From IMG/VR virus record IMGVR_UViG_3300047095_000535, positions 19,708 to 83,707 of that record: a stretch of DNA of 64,000 bases; one strand, 5' to 3'. Positions 49,821 through 57,521 of this stretch are shown here, one piece after another. The stretch's first letter is position 1, and each line of letters starts with the position of its first letter. The position numbers and the translations under genes are program-made. The notes under the pieces were generated by a model. That model had not been told where the DNA came from. It worked only from the letters and a program-made list of their open reading frames with translations, and searched no databases. Source of the DNA: a virus.

Positions 49821-49910
49821 GGGTATTGGTTGTATACTTGAAATGTCTCGACGAGATTAAACCCTCGTCGAGACGACTTAATTTGATAAACACTAGAGGA
49901 TAATAAAAAC

Positions 49911-50153
49911 GTGGAGAAGATCCTATGTAATAACCCATGGGAAGGTCTGTGCTTTATGATGAACAAGGCACTTATTCGAGAAAAGCTGGACCTTCCGGTG
50001 ATGAAAAGCTTCAAGGACGATCCTAAGTTTTTTAAAAAATACGAAGTGCGGACATGTCCGGTGCTATTGGTGCTTGACAAAGGCAAGGTCGTTGATAGGA
50101 TTAAGGGGATTCAAGAAATTATAAACCATTTAAAAGAAGATGTACAAACTTAA
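49911..50153 (+). CDS. Thioredoxin-fold protein lacking canonical CxxC
   Basis: 'KYEVRTCPVLLVLDKGKVVDRIKG'; GTG 24 nt after promoter motif. Confidence 0.6.
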   Translation: MEKILCNNPWEGLCFMMNKALIREKLDLPVMKSFKDDPKFFKKYEVRTCPVLLVLDKGKVVDRIKGIQEIINHLKEDVQT

Positions 50154-50878
50154 TAATACCTCTCTCCTACTGGATACTTCTTTTTGCGGTTGTTGATGTT
50201 TTCAACTAATTTTAAATACTTATCATATTTTCTAACTAACCCTTTACTCTCTTTATCATAAAACAAGGAAAGAATGTTGCGTATGCTGTTTGTATTTTTT
50301 ACACCAAGGCAAGATGACCTATGGACGACTCCTGATGGTTTTTGTCTTTCATACTTCCATATTTTATACGAGGTATCATGCTTTTGTAGAAAAGTAGTGA
50401 GAGGGGACCAGTCTTGGTCTATACCTGACCAAAATTGTAAGGTTATTGATTTATTCGCCCCGTTTCCTATGTATAAACACCCATCCCCATCAAAGAAACC
50501 ATGCCAAAAGCAAGTCTCATACTGGTCTCCGATATGTTGTAATATTTTTCTAGGGCCGACTGTCTTATTTTTATAATCCATACTTATTAAAAAGTTCACC
50601 AAATGTTTATTTGAAGTGTTTAGTTGTGATTGTACGCTTCCGAACGGGAGTCCTTTCTTAACTCTTTGCCGTTCATAATAGTTCCAACTTCCTATAGATT
50701 CAAATGTAGGTAACAATGCCAACATATCTTCTTTTTTTAGTTCTACATTTATAGCGTTTTTATAAATTGTTCCATCTGCCCATAATAATCCTAATATATA
50801 TGAAAGTTCTTCGTTTATACTGGTTAAAAATTGAGTGTGGTCTACTCGATAAATTTTGGTTGGTTTGTCAGTCTTCAT
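50150..50878 (-). mobile_element. Free-standing LAGLIDADG homing endonuclease gene
   Basis: 'SYILGLLWADGTI' and 'FWHGFFDGDG'; antisense; AT-rich; TAAATA at 50884-50889. Confidence 0.85.
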
Positions 50879-50908
50879 ATTATTATTTAGTCATTCACGA
50901 AACGAAAT

Positions 50909-51580
50909 ATGGTTAAAATCATAAAATATCCTTGGGACGCTAGAAACACTATCTTTTTTAGTAGCGATTGGCATATATTTCATAATCCATCTTGGGACGT
51001 TCCTATTTGGAAAGCGCGAGGGTATTCTTCCGCAGAGGAACACGCGGAAGAAGCGTTGGCGACTATCAATTCGCGAGTAGGTGAAAACGATATATTATAT
51101 TTTCTAGGAGACATGTTTTTAAACGCTACAGACGAGCAGTGTATAGAGTGGTTGTCAAAGATCAAGTGTCAAAACATTATTAAGCTGTGGGGCAACCACC
51201 ATTCAAATATGTATAGGCTTTATAAGCAGGCGGTCAAGGATCGGTTCGCGTTTATCGATGATGTTACCGAGGTTTATCCTATTCGGATGAACAACGTTGT
51301 TTTCGCTGGTAATCATGTGGAGATCCGAGTCGGGAAGCAACACATTTCCATGAACCACTTTCCACAACATAGCTGGAACCACATGAATCCTAGGGCCAAG
51401 AGCTGGTGTCTATCCGGCCATTCCCATAACAGTGACCGTACGCGGAATCCCGACTCCCCAACCAACAGGTGTTTGGATTGTTCATGGGACTGGAAGAAAG
51501 ACGTTTGGTCGTGGACTGATATTGAGGACGTTATGTCCACAAAAACTTTTGTGGCGGTTGACCACCACAAAGACACTTGA
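50909..51580 (+). CDS. Calcineurin-like metallophosphoesterase
   Basis: 'SDWH', 'LGD', 'GNH', 'NHFP', 'GHSH'. Confidence 0.85.
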   Translation: MVKIIKYPWDARNTIFFSSDWHIFHNPSWDVPIWKARGYSSAEEHAEEALATINSRVGENDILYFLGDMFLNATDEQCIEWLSKIKCQNIIKLWGNHHSNMYRLYKQAVKDRFAFIDDVTEVYPIRMNNVVFAGNHVEIRVGKQHISMNHFPQHSWNHMNPRAKSWCLSGHSHNSDRTRNPDSPTNRCLDCSWDWKKDVWSWTDIEDVMSTKTFVAVDHHKDT

Positions 51581-51605
51581 CATTGCCCCTTGTCCGTGGT
51601 AAGAT
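51577..51605 (+). promoter_or_regulatory. Sigma70-like promoter
   Basis: TTGACA-N17-TAAGAT with extended -10 TG, 6 nt before ATG 51612. Confidence 0.65.
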
Positions 51606-51611
51606 ACTCTT

Positions 51612-51839
51612 ATGAATGCGATAGACAATGAAACACGACTAACGACTCTAGATAACAGAGTTCAGGAAATAGCCGCCATCTTATCTGGAGGGAATACGTA
51701 TGTTTCTTCCGAGAGGTATGACGAGTTGATGGACGAACTTAAGATTATACAAGCGAAGTTGGAAGACATGGAGATAGAACTACAGGTGGAAGACTTCTTA
51801 GCCAATGGTGCGGGGCGGTCAAGAGACGTGGAATACTGA
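51612..51839 (+). CDS. Hypothetical coiled-coil protein
   Basis: 75-aa ORF after the sigma70-like promoter. Confidence 0.6.
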   Translation: MNAIDNETRLTTLDNRVQEIAAILSGGNTYVSSERYDELMDELKIIQAKLEDMEIELQVEDFLANGAGRSRDVEY

Positions 51840-51847
51840 TTTCATAT

Positions 51848-52111
51848 ATGGAAACACAAACAATGAATACACAAAACAGATCGACCAAGAGCAGTCGTAA
51901 AAATAGACGGTGGATGCGTAATCCAAACCAATTAAAGAACCCTAAGATTTACTCCATGAAGGTTCTTAGAAACCCTGATGGATCGTTCCATGTGATCGGT
52001 GGCAATACACAGGTTCTCATGCGGAAGAACCAACACGCACTGGAATGGGTCAATGTGGACACCCGAGACTTTACCCGCGAACTGAAGAGTTCACGTATTA
52101 CTAGCTTCTAA
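51848..52111 (+). CDS. Hypothetical basic protein
   Basis: 87-aa Arg/Lys-rich ORF. Confidence 0.6.
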   Translation: METQTMNTQNRSTKSSRKNRRWMRNPNQLKNPKIYSMKVLRNPDGSFHVIGGNTQVLMRKNQHALEWVNVDTRDFTRELKSSRITSF

Positions 52112-52116
52112 CCTCA

Positions 52117-52149
52117 TGCTGGCAAATCTCTTAAGTGGGGATGCCAGCA
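52117..52149 (+). terminator. Hairpin / possible terminator
   Basis: TGCTGGCA..TGCCAGCA stem, weak U tract. Confidence 0.4.
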
Positions 52150-52202
52150 ACTTTACCTCAATAAACACTAGAACATAATAACAGCACAACACGACAGACA
52201 AT

Positions 52203-52658
52203 ATGAATATCGCACAATCGCTTAAGGAAAAGAACCGAATCGCTGGCAGGATCAACAAGCTTCAGAAGAAGGTTGAGGATTACAACGTCAAGGAGATCAA
52301 TGAGGTTAAGGACTTTGATAGTCTGGAGCTTTTGAAGGAACTACAGACGGAATGGGCGTACCTCATTGATATCAAGTCCCGGTTGGCTAGAGCCAACATC
52401 GGCATTTGTGAGAAACTTGTGCGATTGGCGGAAGCTAAGAGCGAACTGTCTTTCTGGAGTTGTTTCCATAACGCGGGACAAGCGGCGGAAACCTATCTCC
52501 ATCGGTACAACGACGGAGAGAAGATCGTTTCCGAGCAACGGACGAAGGTTTCCTTAATTACTTCCAAGGAAGTTACGGATCACCAAGAGCGGGTTCAAAC
52601 CATGATCGACACACTCCAAGACGAGATCGACATTTACAACGGAACCACACAGATTTAA
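52203..52658 (+). CDS. DIP1984/DUF6847-like coiled-coil protein
   Basis: 'MNIAQSLKEKNRIAGRINKLQ..ELLKEL..LIDIKSRLARAN..IDTLQDEIDIYNGTTQI' follows the family pattern. Confidence 0.65.
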   Translation: MNIAQSLKEKNRIAGRINKLQKKVEDYNVKEINEVKDFDSLELLKELQTEWAYLIDIKSRLARANIGICEKLVRLAEAKSELSFWSCFHNAGQAAETYLHRYNDGEKIVSEQRTKVSLITSKEVTDHQERVQTMIDTLQDEIDIYNGTTQI

Positions 52659-52664
52659 CCCCCT

Positions 52665-52863
52665 TTTCAGACTGGTTGGACAAGAAGAAGGATATTACCT
52701 CATTCGGTCTAATGAACTACATAATAGATAACGATATTGACATTGAAACAGTGCGTCTTCGGACTATGCGCTACAAAATTCAAGATTCAAAACTTTGTGT
52801 TCAACCCTTAAAGATGAAAAAACAAAAATTAGCTTTCTTTCTAATTTGAAAACCAGTCTGAAA
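52665..52863 (+). ncRNA. Putative ~200-nt structured RNA
   Basis: Perfect 13-bp closing stem TTTCAGACTGGTT/AACCAGTCTGAAA; internal C(UUCG)G hairpin at 52755-52764; no ORF in the track. Confidence 0.6.
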
Positions 52864-52913
52864 CCCTCTTCATTAAACACTACAATATACTAAATATATA
52901 ACAACAAGCTTTC

Positions 52914-52972
52914 GTCACCAGCTACCAGATGGGATATTATCTGTAAACAATCCTCCTGTCTAATCCGGTGAC
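52914..52972 (+). ncRNA. Structured RNA repeat, copy 1
   Basis: GTCACC-AGCTACC-AGATGGGA-loop-TCCTGTCT-AATCC-GGTGAC. Confidence 0.7.
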
Positions 52973-52981
52973 AATTTATTT

Positions 52982-53044
52982 AGGTTCAGCTACCGATAGG
53001 GATATTATTTATTAGGAAACAACACTCCTTATCTATTCGAACCT
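52982..53044 (+). ncRNA. Structured RNA repeat, copy 2
   Basis: AGGTTC-AGCTACC-GATAGGGA-loop-TCCTTATC-TATTC-GAACCT. Confidence 0.7.
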
Positions 53045-53053
53045 TTTTTCTCA

Positions 53054-53086
53054 CCCGTTCATTTGGTGAAAATCTAAATGAGCGGG
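53054..53086 (+). other. 13-bp hairpin with T-loop-like 7-nt loop
   Basis: CCCGTTCATTTGG-TGAAAAT-CTAAATGAGCGGG. Confidence 0.6.
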
Positions 53087-53092
53087 CCTTAT

Positions 53093-53156
53093 CCACCAGC
53101 TACCAGAAGAGATATTTTAACCTCAAATTAAACAACACTCTCTTCTAATTCGGTGG
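53093..53156 (+). ncRNA. Structured RNA repeat, copy 3 (followed by T10)
   Basis: CCACC-AGCTACC-AGAAGAGA-loop-TCTCTTCT-AATTC-GGTGG. Confidence 0.7.
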
Positions 53157-53193
53157 TTTTTTTTTTCGTTAAACACTAAAGTATAAAACACAC

Positions 53194-55263
53194 ATGAACA
53201 TCGCAGCTAATAGATACTATATCGCGAATAAAGGGGCAACCAACAAGGTTTCATGGGCTATCGCCAATGCGATGGCTACGGAATTGGCTTGTTATAATAT
53301 CGGTGTAAGCCGTCCCCTGATGGAAGCTATCGCATCCAATACCAACAAGGACGCGATGGATTTCTGTAAGCAGATTCTCAAGGACTATACTGTAGGAAAA
53401 CTCAATCCGCCTTTGTTCAAGAATTGGGAGGATCGGGCCTATTTTTCCTTCGATGAAATGATTGTGCAGATTTTCGGATACATTCTTCAAATCTCTGGCA
53501 ACGATCTGGAAAGCGAAGGGTACATGGAAGATATCTTATCCAAGGCGCAATACACCAAGGCTAAGACTCTTCAATTGGTTACTCTGGACGAGGCGTTGGA
53601 CAAGTTCCAAAGTCTAGTCGATGTGAGGGTTTCCTTGGGTAAGAAGGCACAAAAGACCTTACAGGAAGCGGGAGAAGACTTCGCGGATGTTATCAGTATT
53701 TATAATAAGCGGATTTATAGCGACGAAGCTAGGATCGCCGTGCTTATGGGACTTCTTAATAGAGTCTCTCTTTACACCGCGTTGGGTATGCTGAAGTGCA
53801 AGCCCGCCGACGTACTTCGTTATGCGGCGGCATTACATGACTTCGGCGGTGTTAAGCTACCCTATGACGTTATCTATGGTAAGCTGTCATGGGCGGATCG
53901 GGTTGCCTTGTTGGGATATCTCAACGATTACTTTGAACATGACGAACTCATGGAAGCAATGGGTAACAATCGGGAAGCTTGGAACAGATTCTTCAAGCAT
54001 CTTCACGTCTTCCAACAAAAGGGATTTGTAAATAGATTCCCCTATGTCGGGGTTTCCGCAAGGGTTTCCAATGGACATAAGATGGATAGTTTTCCCTCTG
54101 CGTACGCTGGTATTCTAAAGACTTTGGCGGGGGAAGACCTGATCGAAGTTTTACCTACTGGTAACACGGTGTATAGAACCTTCGCGTCCCGTATCACTTC
54201 AGCTATCGAGGAAAAGAGTTTCGATAAGATCTATAAGCTTCTGAATAAGAACGCCGGATATCTTCTTCGCAATCTTGCTTCTGTTTCCAATGGAATCGGT
54301 AAGAAGGATGAGAAGGACTTCGTAGGGTTTGTCCGCACCAAGTTGAACACCGCGTCTCCTGATGTATTGTTCTCAATTCTTAGTCTTGATATGGACGCGG
54401 AATACCGTGTAATCGATGTGAAGGGTAATACTGTCATCCAACCCGCGAGTTATCCTAAAGTCATTGGAGATATCCAAGGGGATATCCGTAGGGTTATCCA
54501 TGAACGCTGGGGATATAAGGGCAAGGTGATCGTTGAGGATGGATTGGAAGATAACATCGTTCCGTTCTTGGCTAAGAACACCAACCTACAACGTGGAACG
54601 CGGATTCCTTTCGAAGATAAGGACAGTATTTACTTCTACATGCATTGGGTTCAATCTCAAAAATGTCGGACGGATCTGGATTCCAGTTATATCGCGTTCG
54701 ACAAAAACTGGAACTCCACTACGATCTACTTTGGTAATCAAGCCAACTCTTTCATAACTCATGGTGGAGATATCACCAGTGCTCCCGCACCTAATGGTGC
54801 TACGGAGTATGGAAGAATCCGGTTGGATCGTATTCCCAAAACAGTGAAGTATATTGTTCCGATTATCAACGTATACACCGGGGAATCATTCTCCGAGTTG
54901 AAGGAAGCGTATGCGGGATTCATGTTCTCCAATAGCAACAGTTTTAAAATCAAAGACTCCCATGTTCGGTATGACCTAACTAATCCTGCTAACTCCAATG
55001 TCCCCTTCATTGTGGATGTGGATAATCGGGAGATCATCGTAATGGATTATAATAGTCGGACGAGACTTGGGTTCACCGCCCATTCCGAGATCGACAATAT
55101 GAAGAAGCTGATTTCTGCGGTTCAAACCAAGAACTATATCACTATCCAAAAGCTGGCGGATATGCTGTCGGGAGATAGTGACGAGGTTTCATTGGAGATT
55201 CGCAAATCTGTCAGGAGAGACGATGAAATCGCTCCCGAATCACTGGCGACCTTGTTTAAATGA
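53194..55263 (+). CDS. Large helical (TROVE-like) protein with C-terminal TerD-like domain
   Basis: C-terminal 'YMHW..RTDLDSS..THGGDITSAPAPNGATEY..INVYTGESF' is TerD-like. N-terminal helical region has 'LNPPLFKNW', 'PADVLRYA', 'AGYLLRNL'. Confidence 0.7.
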   Translation: MNIAANRYYIANKGATNKVSWAIANAMATELACYNIGVSRPLMEAIASNTNKDAMDFCKQILKDYTVGKLNPPLFKNWEDRAYFSFDEMIVQIFGYILQISGNDLESEGYMEDILSKAQYTKAKTLQLVTLDEALDKFQSLVDVRVSLGKKAQKTLQEAGEDFADVISIYNKRIYSDEARIAVLMGLLNRVSLYTALGMLKCKPADVLRYAAALHDFGGVKLPYDVIYGKLSWADRVALLGYLNDYFEHDELMEAMGNNREAWNRFFKHLHVFQQKGFVNRFPYVGVSARVSNGHKMDSFPSAYAGILKTLAGEDLIEVLPTGNTVYRTFASRITSAIEEKSFDKIYKLLNKNAGYLLRNLASVSNGIGKKDEKDFVGFVRTKLNTASPDVLFSILSLDMDAEYRVIDVKGNTVIQPASYPKVIGDIQGDIRRVIHERWGYKGKVIVEDGLEDNIVPFLAKNTNLQRGTRIPFEDKDSIYFYMHWVQSQKCRTDLDSSYIAFDKNWNSTTIYFGNQANSFITHGGDITSAPAPNGATEYGRIRLDRIPKTVKYIVPIINVYTGESFSELKEAYAGFMFSNSNSFKIKDSHVRYDLTNPANSNVPFIVDVDNREIIVMDYNSRTRLGFTAHSEIDNMKKLISAVQTKNYITIQKLADMLSGDSDEVSLEIRKSVRRDDEIAPESLATLFK

Positions 55264-55598
55264 ACAAGTTCCATAAACTATTCAATGTAAAGCCCGCCCA
55301 TTTCAAAGATGGGTGGGCTTTCTTCGATCAAATCGACAAGCATACCATACAACAGGCGATGGCCATGGGTGGGAAGTTCGTACCCAATGGCAGTTTTATC
55401 AAGATCGTATTATTGTTGAAGGTATTTCCCGAGCTTATGGTATTCGGGCGGGTACATGAAACCAGCATGGATATCAAACTGGAAGGTTTGGTAGGCTTTG
55501 TGTTGGATGGTAAGAGTACCTCCCCTTTGAACTGGTTCTTTCCTGATGTCGAGAAGAAGAAGGTCACTACCAATTACGTATACGTGGATGTGAGTTAA
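55260..55598 (+). CDS. Hypothetical protein
   Basis: ATGA coupling; contains a strong hairpin near its start. Confidence 0.45.
   Translation: MNKFHKLFNVKPAHFKDGWAFFDQIDKHTIQQAMAMGGKFVPNGSFIKIVLLLKVFPELMVFGRVHETSMDIKLEGLVGFVLDGKSTSPLNWFFPDVEKKKVTTNYVYVDVS
55289..55321 (+). terminator. Terminator-like hairpin after the TerD-domain gene
   Basis: AAAGCCCGCCCAT-TTCAAAG-ATGGGTGGGCTTT. Confidence 0.55.
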
Positions 55599-55619
55599 AC
55601 ACTAGATTATCATAGGGGT

Positions 55620-56252
55620 ATGCTCTGCAAGTACAAACGAACCTACCATCTGCCATGGTCATTGGGTATTACCAGTGACGATAAGATGTTGAAGGATGTT
55701 TCATGCTTCGATGGAAAGACAGTGGTAATCACTGAGAAGATGGATGGTGAGAATACCACCCTATATAGGGATTATTACCATGCCCGATCATTGGATAGCA
55801 AGCATCATCCTTCGCGATCATACGTGAAGCAGATTCACGCACAAATCTGTAGGGACATTCCTACGGGATGGCGGATCTGTGGAGAGAATCTTTACGCCAA
55901 ACATTCAATCGGGTATGACAATCTGAGATCATACTTCTATTGTTTCTCCGTTTGGGATGAGAACAACCTTTGTTTGTCTTGGGCTGACACACTGGCATGT
56001 TGTGAGGTTTTGGGTATAGAGGTCGTTCCGGTCATTCGTCCTGATATGTTATGGGACGAAGCGGTTATTCGGGCGATTGATGTAGACCCTATCTTACAGG
56101 AGGGATACGTGGTAAGAAACGCGGACGCCTTCCATTATGATGATTTTGAAAACAACGTGGCGAAGTATGTTCGTCACAACCACGTTGTCACAACCGAACA
56201 CTGGATGCACTCTACTATAGAACCAAACAAACTAATAAACACTACAACATAA
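55620..56252 (+). CDS. ATP-dependent RNA ligase family protein (stand-alone adenylyltransferase domain)
   Basis: 'KYKRTYHLPWS', motif I 'TEKMDGENTT', 'CGENLYAKHSI', 'EGYVVR', 'AKYVR'. Confidence 0.85.
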   Translation: MLCKYKRTYHLPWSLGITSDDKMLKDVSCFDGKTVVITEKMDGENTTLYRDYYHARSLDSKHHPSRSYVKQIHAQICRDIPTGWRICGENLYAKHSIGYDNLRSYFYCFSVWDENNLCLSWADTLACCEVLGIEVVPVIRPDMLWDEAVIRAIDVDPILQEGYVVRNADAFHYDDFENNVAKYVRHNHVVTTEHWMHSTIEPNKLINTTT

Positions 56253-56259
56253 TACACGT

Positions 56260-56625
56260 ATGCAAATTGGAATATATCTATTGATACTCGCGTTTTTAAT
56301 CATTTTAACCACGGGAGGCTTTTGGAAAGACAACCTAATGGTCTTGTTCATCATACCTGCGATATGTTTCGCTGTTGCCGGATTTATCGCTCCGATGGGA
56401 AAACTTGAAACATATACGGTTCCTGCGACTGTAACAAGAGTTGGAAACGAGTTTGTGGTCCAATCAGAGTTTCCGACTCTTCTTACAACTTCTGTGAAGT
56501 TTCTAACCGCGACAAAGGTATCAGTTACCCGTTCAGTTAGACATACTATTTGGGGATATAGGGTTTATAATCCTACATACCAAATCAAGGGGAGTTCCAC
56601 CACTAATACCACGCCCGAAAAATGA
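56260..56625 (+). CDS. Membrane protein
   Basis: Two N-terminal hydrophobic helices; ATG 24 nt after promoter motif. Confidence 0.6.
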   Translation: MQIGIYLLILAFLIILTTGGFWKDNLMVLFIIPAICFAVAGFIAPMGKLETYTVPATVTRVGNEFVVQSEFPTLLTTSVKFLTATKVSVTRSVRHTIWGYRVYNPTYQIKGSSTTNTTPEK

Positions 56626-57023
56626 TAACAAAACTATTTAGGATATGGTCGAAGGACACAGGTGAACTTTTGTTCCCCAATCCGGAGATCGGGGATTGGA
56701 TGGGGGGTAGTGGTACGTGTGTAAATCTATGGATGTATGCGGATGGTACACTGACTATGTCCGGTGTCAGTGCATCCACTCTTATTTTTCAACAGCTTAC
56801 AGGATTGAAAGATAAGAACGGGATTGATATTTATGAGGGGGATATCATGGAGAACGATAAAGGGAATAGACGACATGAAGTGGTCTGGAAGGATTATGGA
56901 TGGTTCGGTCATTCCATCTGCAACGATTTTAAGTATTATTGTTCCTTGTCAAGTAACGGAGCGGTGATTGGCAATATTATCGAGAATCCAGAACTTTTAA
57001 ATGAATTTGTTCCCCTTACATGA
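56622..57023 (+). CDS. YopX-family protein
   Basis: 'FRIW..QQLTGLKDKNGIDIYEGDI..VIGNIIENPELL'. Confidence 0.85.
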   Translation: MITKLFRIWSKDTGELLFPNPEIGDWMGGSGTCVNLWMYADGTLTMSGVSASTLIFQQLTGLKDKNGIDIYEGDIMENDKGNRRHEVVWKDYGWFGHSICNDFKYYCSLSSNGAVIGNIIENPELLNEFVPLT

Positions 57024-57495
57024 AAATCCCTTGGAAGCTGCCAAGCTTAATTGCGACACGCATCTTAACAAGATTCTAATTGAAGCGGCACAGATGTTAT
57101 GTATCCCATTTCATCTACAGAATATCGTCGCACCTTACAAACCGTCCCATGTGAATCATCCGGTTTCGAAGTGGGTGCGGGAGTCTCGCGAGAACTTCTT
57201 ATGGACGCTTCAACACGCCTATAAGTTATACTCAGAAAGGTACTATAGATTTACTAAGGGTCATAAGACAGGCGAGGTACTGGACTGGATAGCTAATAAC
57301 AGGTCGTCTCTGGTGTTTCTAAAAGAGGGAAGGACTCCGTTCGCCATAGCGATATCCGACGACAAACTTTGTCGTAAAGATCCCGAGTGGGATGAATCAA
57401 ACCCTGTGAAATGTTACCAGTTATTATATAAACACGATAAGAAGAGTATAGCCAAGTGGACGAATCGAGACATTCCCGAGTTTATGGGCGGTTAA
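57001..57495 (+). CDS. Pyrimidine-dimer DNA glycosylase / endonuclease V-like
   Basis: 'MNLFPL..CDTHLNKILIEAAQML..YKPSHVNHP..WVRES..W'. Confidence 0.8.
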   Translation: MNLFPLHENPLEAAKLNCDTHLNKILIEAAQMLCIPFHLQNIVAPYKPSHVNHPVSKWVRESRENFLWTLQHAYKLYSERYYRFTKGHKTGEVLDWIANNRSSLVFLKEGRTPFAIAISDDKLCRKDPEWDESNPVKCYQLLYKHDKKSIAKWTNRDIPEFMGG

Positions 57496-57521
57496 ACACT
57501 AGGATACAATAACGGCACGAT

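Noticed and set aside
52914-53156. CRISPR array interpretation of the three repeats
   Set aside because: Units share structure rather than a near-identical direct repeat, spacing is irregular, and no cas genes are visible.
55289-55321. Second T-loop minihelix (loop TTCAAAG) after the TerD-domain gene
   Set aside because: Flanking A/T tracts and its position just after a stop codon fit an ordinary terminator at least as well.
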